A stretch of 63,924 bases of DNA, filler included, from Aduncisulcus paluster (Eukaryota): the NCBI GenBank assembly GCA_024181965.1. It is 46 parts of 46 records of this genome, joined end to end, with 100 filler letters (N's around TTAATTAATTAA, not from the genome) between each part and the next. Parts side by side here need not be neighbours in the genome. Positions count along the whole stretch, not along the records: positions 22,878 to 23,879 come from BQXS01001629.1; positions 23,980 to 25,114 come from BQXS01001633.1; positions 25,215 to 26,405 come from BQXS01001634.1; positions 26,506 to 27,516 come from BQXS01001635.1; positions 27,617 to 28,641 come from BQXS01001638.1; positions 28,742 to 29,906 come from BQXS01001643.1; positions 30,007 to 31,343 come from BQXS01001645.1; positions 31,444 to 33,240 come from BQXS01001647.1; 38 more parts are not named here. One strand, 5' to 3'. The notes beneath the pieces were generated by a model that saw only the letters and a list, made by a program, of their open reading frames with translations, did no database searches and had not been told where the DNA came from. Of this stretch, positions 22,778-33,726 are shown piece after piece. The position numbers and the translations under genes are program-made. Every line of letters starts with the position of its first letter. Position 1 is the stretch's first letter.

Positions 22778-23979
22778 NNNNNNNNNNNNNNNNNNNNNNN
22801 NNNNNNNNNNNNNNNNNNNNNTTAATTAATTAANNNNNNNNNNNNNNNNNNNNNNNNNNNNNNNNNNNNNNNNNNNNAAGAGAAATCTTATATATATGAC
22901 TGGAAGCAGAAGAAGGAATACAAAAAAGGAACGCTTGGGAAGACTGAGCAATCGAAAAGATAAAACACAACAGGAAGAAATCAATCATCCTCCAAATATT
23001 GCAAATTGATTATAAGGCATGCTCCAAACAACAGAAACACCTCTGATATACCATTATGTGATAAACCCAGTGAGATACCAGTGATATCTTTGTCATGAAA
23101 TGGCAATAAATTTGTTAACGCCATCCTCAAATCCAGAAATGTCATATATTACCAAGAACAATCACAAAAACTAAAACCATCAAAAAAACGGTGGTACAAA
23201 AGAATCATAGAATTCATCATTCATATACTGATTATAACATACCGAATTAATAAAAAACACGAAGCAAAATATGAGAATATTTCATAAGAACATGAAAAAA
23301 AAAGAAAGAAAGAATAGCTGGCAAACAACAGTTGCAAAACAATCGTGTCAGGGCAAACACGATCAAATTGCAACGAAAAACATTTTTCGGGCCCTAATCG
23401 AAAAATGAATTTCTACTGCTGTTCAAAAAAAAAAAATTCATTCCGTTTTTCAAAAATTTCAGTAAATCCAAAACTCACATTAGTATTGTGATAATATTCC
23501 AAAGTATAATACATCATACAAATTAATTACAAGCACAATTATCCACCAATAATCCAATATCATGCTTTAAGCCATAGCTCTCGAAATAATATATTCTATA
23601 GAACTATTCAATAAAAAATAATATTAATGTTATAAGTTTAAGTGTATTATCATATTAAAATAAGAATTTTAGTTGAATCAATGCACCTAATGAAAGATCA
23701 AAGATTTTGGATGGTTGGAGATATTTATGGTTAGAATTTCATCTTCTCGTGATACTAGACCCGATATCCCAGGAGAAAGAGGCATTGAATCGGCTCCTGA
23801 AAGTCATTCCAGTGATCCATCAGCCAATCGAACATTGGGCCCAACAGATGAAACTAGATTGACTCTTGTGCTGGATCATNNNNNNNNNNNNNNNNNNNNN
23901 NNNNNNNNNNNNNNNNNNNNNNNTTAATTAATTAANNNNNNNNNNNNNNNNNNNNNNNNNNNNNNNNNNNNNNNNNNNN

Positions 23980-24798
23980 TTAATTGATTATACCATTGCT
24001 AAATTTGAAGATGGAGATAAAAATAGAGATAAATTTTTCCCTTATTCTACAGATGATGAATTAAAAAACAATATTCAAAAAAATGTTAAATATGAAGATT
24101 TAAGAAAAGGAAACTATGCTTTTAATAAGCAAGGTCAATATTCATATAATGAAATTAATGAGATGCCACCTTATGATGAACTTGTTGAAAAAGGTGAAGA
24201 GTTATATGAAGATAATAAAGCTTTACAAAAATGTTTTCCAGATGTAACTGTTGCTGGAGATTATCCATATTTCGATGAAGAAAAGAAAGAAGTAGTAAGT
24301 TTAACTGGTGCTATAAACAAATGTTTAACTGATGCAGGTCAAAAAGCATGGAATGAGAAAAAAGGGAAAATGGCATTTTTCCAATCATACATAGCTTCAG
24401 AAACAAAAGATGCAGAGAAAAAAGTAAATATTCAAATTAATAGTGCAGAAGCAGCTGCTGCTTATGAAAGAGGGAAAGAGTTTTATTATACTCAAAGAGG
24501 ATATTTAAAATTATCATGTGCTACTTGTCATGTACAAGGTGCAGGAAAACGAGTTAGAAATGAAAGTTTATCTCAGTTAGCAGGACATACTACGCATTTT
24601 CCAGTTTTTAGATTAAAATGGGGAAAAGATAAAGTAGAAAATGGACTAGGAACATTGGAAAGAAGAATGGCTGGATGTGTAAAAGATCAAGGTCAAGTTC
24701 CTCCAAAAACAAATAGTAAAGAGATGAAAGAGTTACTTTATTTCATGGCATATATGTCAAATGGAATGAATGTTGACGGTCCAGATGTAAGAAAGTAA
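23980..24798 (+). CDS. soxA: Sulfur oxidation c-type cytochrome SoxA
   Basis: MPPYDELVEKGEELY, YYTQRGYLKLSCATCH, FPVFRLKW, ERRMAGC, GPDVRK. Confidence 0.92.
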   Translation, partial: LIDYTIAKFEDGDKNRDKFFPYSTDDELKNNIQKNVKYEDLRKGNYAFNKQGQYSYNEINEMPPYDELVEKGEELYEDNKALQKCFPDVTVAGDYPYFDEEKKEVVSLTGAINKCLTDAGQKAWNEKKGKMAFFQSYIASETKDAEKKVNIQINSAEAAAAYERGKEFYYTQRGYLKLSCATCHVQGAGKRVRNESLSQLAGHTTHFPVFRLKWGKDKVENGLGTLERRMAGCVKDQGQVPPKTNSKEMKELLYFMAYMSNGMNVDGPDVRK

Positions 24799-24810
24799 GG
24801 GTTAGATATT

Positions 24811-25114
24811 ATGAAAAAATTATATAGCGTAATCGCAGCAACTAGTTTAGCATTAGCGATAACAGGATGTTCAAATAATCAAGTTACTACACCAACTTAT
24901 GACAATCTAGATGAAAGAAAACTTTGTAATGTAAGTACAAATGGAATCGATTCAGTGTTAAAAGTAGCGCAGAAGTACAATAAAATTGCCAAAGAACATG
25001 GTGTTGAATTTAAAAGACTAGGTATGACAAATACTCAGTATATAGATGAATCAATAAAATCAATTAATGCAGGTGAAAAAAAAGTAGTACTTTTAAATAA
25101 AAAAGGAAAACCTA
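24811..25114 (+). CDS. Hypothetical lipoprotein downstream of soxA
   Basis: Lipobox ITGC; starts 12 bp after the soxA stop. Confidence 0.75.
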
Positions 25115-25214
25115 NNNNNNNNNNNNNNNNNNNNNNNNNNNNNNNNNNNNNNNNNNNNTTAATTAATTAANNNNNNNNNNNNNNNNNNNNNNNNNNNNNN
25201 NNNNNNNNNNNNNN

Positions 25215-25696
25215 TTTCTGCTATTCAAATTATTGGTGATCTTATTGGATATGCGACTGCATTATCTATGGCAAATATGTTTGATCCAGCTACTGGTACG
25301 CAACAAGGTGTAGTAAGTAGATTGCTATATATGGTTATTTTAGTGATCTATTTAGAATCAGGGATGTATGAAGTGACCCTTTATATGCTCGCAGTTAGTT
25401 TTGATCAGATATCTTTGGGAACTTTTAATATATTTAGTTATGATGGTATATTATATGCTTCTCAAGAGATAAATAGAATGTTTGCATTTGCATTCGCATT
25501 TGCATTTCCTTTGTTTTTTATAGGTTTTATTCTTGATGTTTATTATGCTTATGGAACAAAATCTATGCCAGCATTTTCCCCTTTTGTAATCACTTTTCAA
25601 ATTAAATTTGCTTTGATTTTTATTTTTATGATGTTTGGTTTTGAGATATTTGTTGATAATTTTAATAATTATTTTATAAGTAAGTTTGAGTATTAA
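25215..25696 (+). CDS. fliR: Flagellar export protein FliR, C-terminal part
   Basis: Hydrophobic; MANMFDPATG, KSMPAFSPFVITFQIK; precedes flhB. Confidence 0.85.
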
Positions 25697-25705
25697 AGGT
25701 TTTTT

Positions 25706-26405
25706 ATGGCTGATGAAGAAGAAAAAACAGAAGAACCCACGGGTAAAAAGATTGATGATTCCAAAGCAGAAGGGAATGTCCCTAAATCTGCTGAAGTACC
25801 AGGGGCTGCAATTTTATTTTTCTCATCTATATATTTACTTTTTTTTGCAGGATCTTTTTTTCGTGATATAGAAAAACTTATGATATATATCTATTCATTT
25901 ATAGGCACAGAAGTAAATGGACATACCTATTTTGAGATAACAAGTAGTATTATTTATACTATGTTAGTTGGTATGTTTCCTTTATTTTTTTTGATATTGT
26001 TTTTAGGTGTTATATTCAATACGATGCAATTTGGTTTTGTTTTTACACCTTTAAAAATAAAGCTAGATAAAATTAATCCAATAAGTGGATTTAAAAATAT
26101 TTTTAGTGCTAAAAAAGCACTTGAAGCGCTGAAACTTACAGCAAAACTAATTTTGATTTTTATTGTTATGTTAATAATTTTAGCTATTATTTGGGATAGT
26201 ATTTTAGCGATGATGGATAAAGAGATACACGCATCTCTTGATGCTATGATGACATTGACTATATACTTTTTATTGACAATTCTTTTAATTATAATCATTT
26301 TTGCTATAATAGATTTCTTTTTTACAAGACATTATTATTTCAAACAATTAAGAATGTCAAAACAAGAGATTAAAGATGAACATAAACAGATGGAGGGAGA
26401 TCCCT
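25706..26405 (+). CDS. flhB: Flagellar export protein FlhB, partial
   Basis: EKTEEPTGKK, INPISGFKNIFS, LRMSKQEIKDEHKQMEGDP. Confidence 0.96.
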
Positions 26406-26505
26406 NNNNNNNNNNNNNNNNNNNNNNNNNNNNNNNNNNNNNNNNNNNNTTAATTAATTAANNNNNNNNNNNNNNNNNNNNNNNNNNNNNNNNNNNNNNN
26501 NNNNN

Positions 26506-27516
26506 ACGACTGCACAGGAGGCTATAGTAGAGGTATATCACAATGCTCTATTCTCTGGCCATTACGGTCGGTCGTATACAGTGAAAAGGATTAAGGAGAA
26601 CGGTTTTACTTGGAGAACTCTGAAAGAAACGGTAGACAAGGTGATAGACTCATGTTTGATCTGCCAGAAAACGACTCCAAAACCCGATCCATCCATTATG
26701 GGAACTTTAGTTCAGAAAGCTCCATTCGATCAGCTCTCAGTGGATCTGTTTGGTCCTATTGATCCAGATGCACAGCTAGGATACAAGTACCTCACAGTCT
26801 TTGTGGATAACTTCAGCAGATTTGTTGAGCTCGTCCCAAGTGAAAGTACTACAGTGCTGGAAGCCAAACAGGCCTTATTACAGGTGATAGGGAGGCATGG
26901 TTCACCTAAAACAATTCGAACAGATGGAGGATCACAGTTTACTTCCTCTATGTGGAGGGAATTGATGACGACGCTGGGAATTGAGCACATAGTAACTACT
27001 CCAGATCACCATCAAGAAAATGGTCAAGTAGAGAGAGTCAACCGAGAGATATTGAGGCAGCTTAGGCTCCATTTTGCGGCTGGATGCTCAAAACCGACTG
27101 GGTCAAGTTAGTCCCCATCATTATGGGTACTATAAACTCTCGGGTATCAGAAAGAACAGGTAGAAGCCCAATGGAAATCCTGTATGGCCAGAAAAGGAAA
27201 CCTCATAAGCTGTTTAAAGAATCTTCTGGTGCAACCCCGGAGATATGGGAAAAGATTCTGAGTTACAGAGAGGATGTGAGGGATGATGTTGAGTCTGAGG
27301 TTCGAACATCGGATGAAAAGGTCGTCTCGCAGAGAGAACAGTCTCAGACAGATTTTATACCCTTCAAACCTGGGGAGAAAGTACTTTTGAGCCGGAGGAA
27401 ACCCGGAAAGAAGACAGACACCATCAATCTTGGTCCTTTTGTGGTGCTTGAGAAGACAAGCAGTTTTTATTACAGAGTAGAGTCTGTTAATGGAGGAAAG
27501 AAACAAAAGGTACATG
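26506..27516 (+). mobile_element. Ty3/Gypsy LTR retrotransposon integrase, with a frameshift near 27070-27090
   Basis: H..GH..CLIC zinc finger, SVDLFGP, VDNFSRF, RTDGGSQF, NGQVERVN, then a GPF (GPY/F) module in the second frame. Confidence 0.9.
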
Positions 27517-27616
27517 NNNNNNNNNNNNNNNNNNNNNNNNNNNNNNNNNNNNNNNNNNNNTTAATTAATTAANNNNNNNNNNNNNNNNNNNNNNNNNNNN
27601 NNNNNNNNNNNNNNNN

Positions 27617-28641
27617 CTTTACAACCTATTTTATTAGAGGCAATCAATCATATCAAAATGCACCATGATGAAGAAGCAATGATAGATATTTTTGCAGAAG
27701 AATTTATGGCTTTTAACCAAGGTGTCTTAACAGAAACAGTAAAAATAAATAACATAGACCCTGCAAAACTGACAACAACACAAAAAATAGATAATATTCT
27801 TATTCATCCTTTTTTTGGTATTCCTATTTTTTTATTTTTGATGTGGGGATTGTTCCAATTAACTTTTGAAATTGGTTCTATCCCTATGGACTGGATAGAT
27901 GGATTTTTTGGATGGCTTGGAAATACTGTAGGAGAGAGTATATCAAATCAAGATATTCGTTCACTTGTTGTAGATGGATTGATTGCAGGGGTTGGGGCTG
28001 TTGTATTATTTATACCCAATATTATCATCCTTTTTATAGGAATTGCTTTACTTGAAAGTACTGGGTATATGTCAAGAATAGCATATCTTTTAGATGGTTT
28101 TTTTCATAAGTTTGGTTTACATGGACAATCTTTTATCCCTTTAGTTACTGGATTTGGTTGTTCTATTCCTGCTTATATGAGTGCTAGGATACTTAAAAAT
28201 GATAGAGATAGATTACTCACTTTATTTATCATTGGGTTTATGAGTTGTGGAGCACGACTTCCTGTATATGTATTGTTTGTAGGAGCGTTTTTCTCCCCTG
28301 AATCTTCAGGAAATATCTTATTTATTATTTATATAAGTGGTGCAATTATAGGAATACTTATGGCAAAATTACTAAAAATGACTGCTTTTAAGGGTGAAAG
28401 TGAACCTTTTGTAATGGAGATGCCTAAATATAGACTCCCTTCTGTTGTTTTAATTTGGCATACTGTAAAGTCAAAAACTTGGATGTACTTAAAAAAAGCA
28501 GGTACTTTTATAGCAGCTGCTTCGATGCTGATTTGGTTTTTAAGTAACTATCCTCATAGCGATACACTTAATATAAAGTATGAAACAAAAATAGAACAAA
28601 GCACCAATATAGAAGAAAAAAATATATTGTCAAATGAATTA
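27617..28641 (+). CDS. feoB: Ferrous iron transporter FeoB, membrane part
   Basis: LESTGYMSR, FIPLVTGFGCSIPA, FMSCGARLPVY, PFVMEMPKYRLP. Confidence 0.96.
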
Positions 28642-28742
28642 NNNNNNNNNNNNNNNNNNNNNNNNNNNNNNNNNNNNNNNNNNNNTTAATTAATTAANNN
28701 NNNNNNNNNNNNNNNNNNNNNNNNNNNNNNNNNNNNNNNNNT

Positions 28743-29147
28743 CACAAAGTCTGTGATACGGTTGTATCAAGCCTTCATAAGATATCTCCCTCCTTACCTC
28801 TCCTCAGAGAGCAATACTCCTCCACAGAACATCGTCCGGATATTATGGTTGACTTTTCCCCCCCTATCTACATCGAAATCACCATAACATACGCTGACGC
28901 CAGGATATCATCTCTCGAAACCGCCACCAGAAAGAAGAGGGAGAAATACCGTGAGCTCGACGATCTTATTGTAATTACACTATCTCACGATGGAATCTAC
29001 ATGCCTTCTCTTACCAGAGAATTGTCTGAATACTTGTCAATATCGGAAAGACAAGCCCTAAGAACATTAAATGATGCAGCTCAAGCAGCACTCCGCGAGA
29101 GCTGCAGAATATTGCGCAAACGATACGCAAGATCTCGCAACATGTGA
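28743..29147 (+). mobile_element. C-terminal restriction-like endonuclease (RLE) of a non-LTR retrotransposon ORF (element A)
   Basis: Frame open from the fragment edge: HKVCD...REQ...HRPDIMV...YIEITIT...KKREKY, i.e. RPD..(D/E)..KxxKY. Confidence 0.7.
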
Positions 29148-29687
29148 ATGAATATACTCTCTCTATCTACTTCTCTTAAGTTATAAACATATCAGTGTTT
29201 AATAACACTATCTCTATTATTATTGATCTTAATTTACAATGAGTGTTTAGAAACACTACTTTTATTTTACTTTTATCATATATCTTTCCCAAAAAAAAAA
29301 AACAAAACAAAAACAAAAACAAAACATCCACCTCTTCTATTAATTCTGACTCTCTTCTATTTTTACTACTCTATCTCCCCTTCTTGCAATAACTTATCTA
29401 TTTTTACTTTATTATTCTCCTCTTTTACTCCCTAATCCTATTTACTTCTCCCTCCTCTATTAATTCCATAAAACCTCTACAGTGATACCTTCCGAACCTC
29501 TCAAGACCCGATGAACTTCGGTGAAGGTGAATGAGAGCGAAGGAGAAGGTATCTCCGCAAGTTTCCTCCGCCCTCCCCCTGCCATTAAGTGGTCACGTTG
29601 CCTTCTTCCCAGCAGGGAATGGCTGTTAAGGGTATTCTTTTTCCCGTGAGGGTTTTTTCTTATCGTTAATAAACTACTACTATACTA

Positions 29688-29839
29688 TTCTTTGTGACTA
29701 TATTATTCTTTGTGACTATATTATTCTTTGTGACTATATTATTCTTTGTGACTATATTATTCTTTGTGACTATATTATTCTTTGTGACTATATTATTCTT
29801 TGTGACTATATTATTCTTTGTGACTATATTATTCTTTGT
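29688..29839 (+). repeat. Perfect tandem repeat (TTCTTTGTGACTATATTA) x8 plus 8 bp
   Basis: Read directly; no spacers. Confidence 0.97.
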
Positions 29840-30006
29840 CATTTTAATTTTGACAAATATAACATAGGCATCTCCAGAATATGTATATTTCTGTTCTTAA
29901 TTTACCNNNNNNNNNNNNNNNNNNNNNNNNNNNNNNNNNNNNNNNNNNNNTTAATTAATTAANNNNNNNNNNNNNNNNNNNNNNNNNNNNNNNNNNNNNN
30001 NNNNNN

Positions 30007-30297
30007 AATGCACAGCCCGATCACGTCCACCTCGGAATACGTATCGCGCACAAGGTCGTTGAGCCGCTGACCGAGCAGCGTGCGCGGCCGGTGCAGCCCC
30101 GGGGTGTCGACGAGCACGATCTGGAAATTCTCGCGGTGCACAATCCCGCGGATCGTGTGCCGGGTGGTCTGCGGCCGGTTCGAGGTGATCGCCACCTTCT
30201 GGCCGACCAGCGCATTGGTCAGCGTCGACTTGCCGGTGTTCGGCCGCCCGACGAAACAGACGAATCCTGACTTAAATTCCGGAGAAGATCCGCTCAC
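30007..30297 (-). CDS. era: GTPase Era, N-terminus
   Basis: GRPNTGKST, PQTTR, DTPG. Confidence 0.95.
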
Positions 30298-30620
30298 AAT
30301 TGCCCCGCAGGTACGCCGGTGCGATCGGTCACGATGACGGTCGCCGACGGCGACAGTTCCCGCACAGCGGCGATACCCGGGTCTTCATGTGAACCGCCGA
30401 CCAGTACGGCTGCCTCGATGGCCGACGCGCCACTGGACACCGCCGCCGCGACGGCCGCCTGCAGGGCGGTCAGTGACAGCACCGAAAGCGCCACCGGCGC
30501 ACCGGCATAGGTGCGGCCATCGCCGTCGCGCACCGCGGCACCCGACTTCGCCTCGGCACGGCCCATCGCTCCACGGGCCAGCACGACGAGCTTGTTATCT
30601 TCCGCGTCCAACTCAGTCAT
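30294..30620 (-). CDS. Actinobacterial cytidine-deaminase-like protein
   Basis: [30 protein letters not shown]; lies between the hemolysin-family gene and era; lacks HAE/PCxxC. Confidence 0.8.
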   Translation of the reverse strand: MTELDAEDNKLVVLARGAMGRAEAKSGAAVRDGDGRTYAGAPVALSVLSLTALQAAVAAAVSSGASAIEAAVLVGGSHEDPGIAAVRELSPSATVIVTDRTGVPAGQL

Positions 30621-31342
30621 CTCTTTCCTCCGCTTTCTCGTCGTCTGTCGCATCCGGGTCGGGCTGCACCAGAATCGTGCCGATGCGCACCCGGCCACGC
30701 GTGTTCGGACCACCCTCAGCCTGCAACAAAAGTCCATGCGAGGCGACCTTGACGCCCGGCAGCGGCACGCGGCCGAGGTCGAGCGCCAACAGTCCGCCCA
30801 CCGTCTCGACGTCGAGATCCTCGTCGAATTCGATCCCGTACAGCTCCCCCAGGTCCTCGATCGGCAACCTGGCAGAGACGCGGAACGTCTTGTCGCCCAA
30901 TTCCTCCACCGGAGCGACCTCATCCTGNNNNNNNNNNNNNNNNNNNNGTTGCATCTCACGCAGCAACTCGTCCAGCGGCTTGGAGTCCGGGACGAACACC
31001 GCCGGCCTCATCACCTGCGCCACGGTGACGTCACGTCCACCGTTCACCGAGTAGTACGTCTGCTGCACAAGGTCTTTGAGGAAGACCACACCGACGACAT
31101 CATCGACGTTCTCCCCCACCACCGGAATGCGCGAGTGCCCGCTGCGCACCGCGAGCGAGGTGGCTTGACCGGCTGTTTTGTCGGATTCGATCCACACCAT
31201 CTCGGTGCGCGGCACCATCACCTCGCGGGCGGGGGTGTCACCCAGCTCGAAAACCGACTGAATCATCCGGCGTTCGTTATCGGCCACCACACCGCGCTGC
31301 TGCGCCATGTCGACGACCTCGCGCAGCTCGATTTCGGAAGCG
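30613..31342 (-). CDS. Hemolysin/CorC family CBS-domain protein, C-terminal part
   Basis: [32 protein letters not shown]. Confidence 0.9.
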
Positions 31343-31443
31343 ANNNNNNNNNNNNNNNNNNNNNNNNNNNNNNNNNNNNNNNNNNNNTTAATTAATTAAN
31401 NNNNNNNNNNNNNNNNNNNNNNNNNNNNNNNNNNNNNNNNNNN

Positions 31444-33240
31444 TGCCGCCGGCGGGCTTGTAAGTACGGAAGCCATTCACCGCGATGCTGCGTGCACCCG
31501 CGATGGTCACCGGCCCTGCCGCATCGATCGCCACGTCGTTGGCGCCGTCGCCGCTGCCGCCCGCGCCGCCGAGCCGCGGCGCGCTCAACTCGATCGTGCC
31601 GCGCGCGACATTGTCCGCCGAGCGCACGTCGATCCGCGCGCCGGGAGAGAGAGCGAGCCGGCCCTGCGTCGTGGTCAGTTCCACCACCGCCCGGTTCGGC
31701 GCATCGATCGGCTGGCCATAGCTGTCGACGCGAAGCACCGTGCCGTGGGCATCGAGCACCGAGCCGCTGCCCAACGTCAGTCCGTCGCGTGCAGCGAGCC
31801 GGATGGTGCCGACGCGCTCGCCGCTGGCATCGATGCGGCCATTGACGGTCAGGCGGCCGCCATCCACCGACACGCTGATGCTGCTGGCCACCAGTTCGTC
31901 ACCGATGGCGAGGTCGCCCTGCTTGAGCTGGAAGTTGCGCGCCCCGGTCACGCCGGCGAGCGTGAGCCGCTGGTTCAGCCCGGCGAAATCGTCGATCGTC
32001 TGCGCGCGCACGTCGATGCTGCCGGCAAGGAACGGCACCATCGTGCCACCGGCGTCGTAGTGCCCCGAGGCGCTGCCGCGGAGCGAGCCGCCCAGCACCA
32101 CGTGCCCGGCTGCGGCATCGAGCGCCGTCGCCGACAATGATCCGGCGCGATTGTTCACCGCCGAGACGTCGATGACCGATCCGGCCGCCTGGGTGATGTT
32201 GCCATGCGCGCTTTCCAACGCGACGTCGCCGCCCCAGCTGTAGCGCACCGCGTCGAGCAGGCTGACGGTTCGCCCTGCCATGTCGATGCGCGCCGCATCG
32301 CTCAGCGCGATGTCGCCGTTCGCGGAGACGGTCAGCTTGCCGCTCGGCAGCACGACGGCGCTGGNNNNNNNNNNNNNNNNNNNNNNNNNNNNNNNNNNNN
32401 NNNNNNNNNNNNNNNNNNNNNNNNNNNNNNNNNNNNNNNNNNNNNNNNNNNNNNNNNNNNNNNNNNNNNNNNNNNNNNNNNNNNNNNNNNNNNNNNNNNN
32501 NNNATCAGATTGAGGTTGCCACCGCTGTAGCTGTATCCCACGCCGGTCTGGTACGCGCCCTGACTCTCATACACAGACAATGTATTGCGGTTGTTCGCGG
32601 TGATCCGGCCGCGCGCCGTCACGTTGACCGTGGAGAAGCCGAGCGCCAGGCGGTCGAGCGTCACCTGGGTGTCCGGCCTCGCCTCGCTGGGATAACCGAA
32701 CACCACTTCATCGGCGACGATATTGAGTGTGCCGTGGCCGGTGCCGGCGCCGCGCGTGATCACCGCGCCGGGCGGCAGGCTGCGCGGTTCGTTTCTGCCG
32801 GTGCGCAGGACGCAANNNNNNNNNNNNNNNNNNNNNNNNNNNNNNNNNNNNNNNNNNNNNNNNNNNNNNNNNNNNNNNNNNNNNNNNNNNNNNNNNNNNC
32901 TGGACTGGCCAGTCACCGGATCAATGGTCGAGAGATTCAGCGAGCCGTAGAAATTGATCGACGACTGCGCCGTCAGGATCAGGCTCTCCAGCTTGGGAGC
33001 ACCGATCACGGCGTTGCCGGCCAGCAGGCGGCCGAACACGTCCTGGTTCAGCACCAGACCGTCGGGCAGCACACCGGCGCTCCGCGCCGCGGCGATCGCC
33101 GTCGCGTCGCCGATATTCACATTCGGCGTGATCAGCGAAAGATAGCGCGCGCCGTAACGCATGCCATCGGCGATCGACAGCGCTCCCTTCTGGACACCAA
33201 AGGCAAGCATGCCTTCGGTCGCGATGGTGGCGGCGCCGAT
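31444..33240 (-). CDS. Large filamentous haemagglutinin-family exoprotein, internal fragment (Alphaproteobacteria)
   Basis: Gly/Ala-rich beta-helix-like repeats, e.g. LTVNGRIDASG, LRVDSYGQPIDAPNRA. Confidence 0.8.
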
Positions 33241-33340
33241 NNNNNNNNNNNNNNNNNNNNNNNNNNNNNNNNNNNNNNNNNNNNTTAATTAATTAANNNN
33301 NNNNNNNNNNNNNNNNNNNNNNNNNNNNNNNNNNNNNNNN

Positions 33341-33726
33341 TCCTTGGGTTCTCCTTGTACACAGCGACTTTCGTTTGTGAGACGCTGCGCTCAGGTTTCA
33401 ACACCGTCCCCCTGGGCCAGGCGGAGGCGGCCAGGTCCCTCGGGTTGTCTTTTACGCGGGTGTTGTCTCTCATCGTGTTGCCGCAGGCCATCCGATCGGT
33501 CCTGGCTCCGATGGGCAGTGTGCTGATCGCGCTCGTCAAGAACACCTCGATCGCCTCCGCGATCGGTGTCGCCGAGGCCGCCCTGTTGATGCGTTCGGAG
33601 ATTGAGCTGTTCGCCGATCAGATCCTGTGGATCTTCCTCATCATCGCGGCGGGATACATGGTGATCACCTTGACGATCGGGCTGACATTCGGGTACTTCG
33701 CGAAGCGGTTGGCGGTGAAGCGATGA
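33341..33726 (+). CDS. Glutamate ABC transporter permease (GluC-like), C-terminal part
   Basis: ETLRSGFNTVPLGQAEAARSLGL EAA loop; LVKNTSIA. Confidence 0.88.

Noticed and set aside
22878-23879. AT-rich fragment with a small hairpin and an ORF start at 23715
   Set aside because: Probably protist intergenic DNA plus a gene start; no recognisable motif to support a call
29508-29526. Hammerhead-like CCGATGA-ACTTCGGT-GAAG
   Set aside because: Deviates from CUGANGA/GAAA at two core positions, has no stem III or NUH site, and has no counterpart in element B; no convincing HDV fold was seen either
29688-29839. Tandem arrays (here and 34954-35102) as CRISPR
   Set aside because: Contiguous identical units with no spacers and no cas genes
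30294-30620. Deaminase lacking zinc ligands as a novelty
   Set aside because: This degenerate gene between the hemolysin-family gene and era is ordinary in mycobacteria
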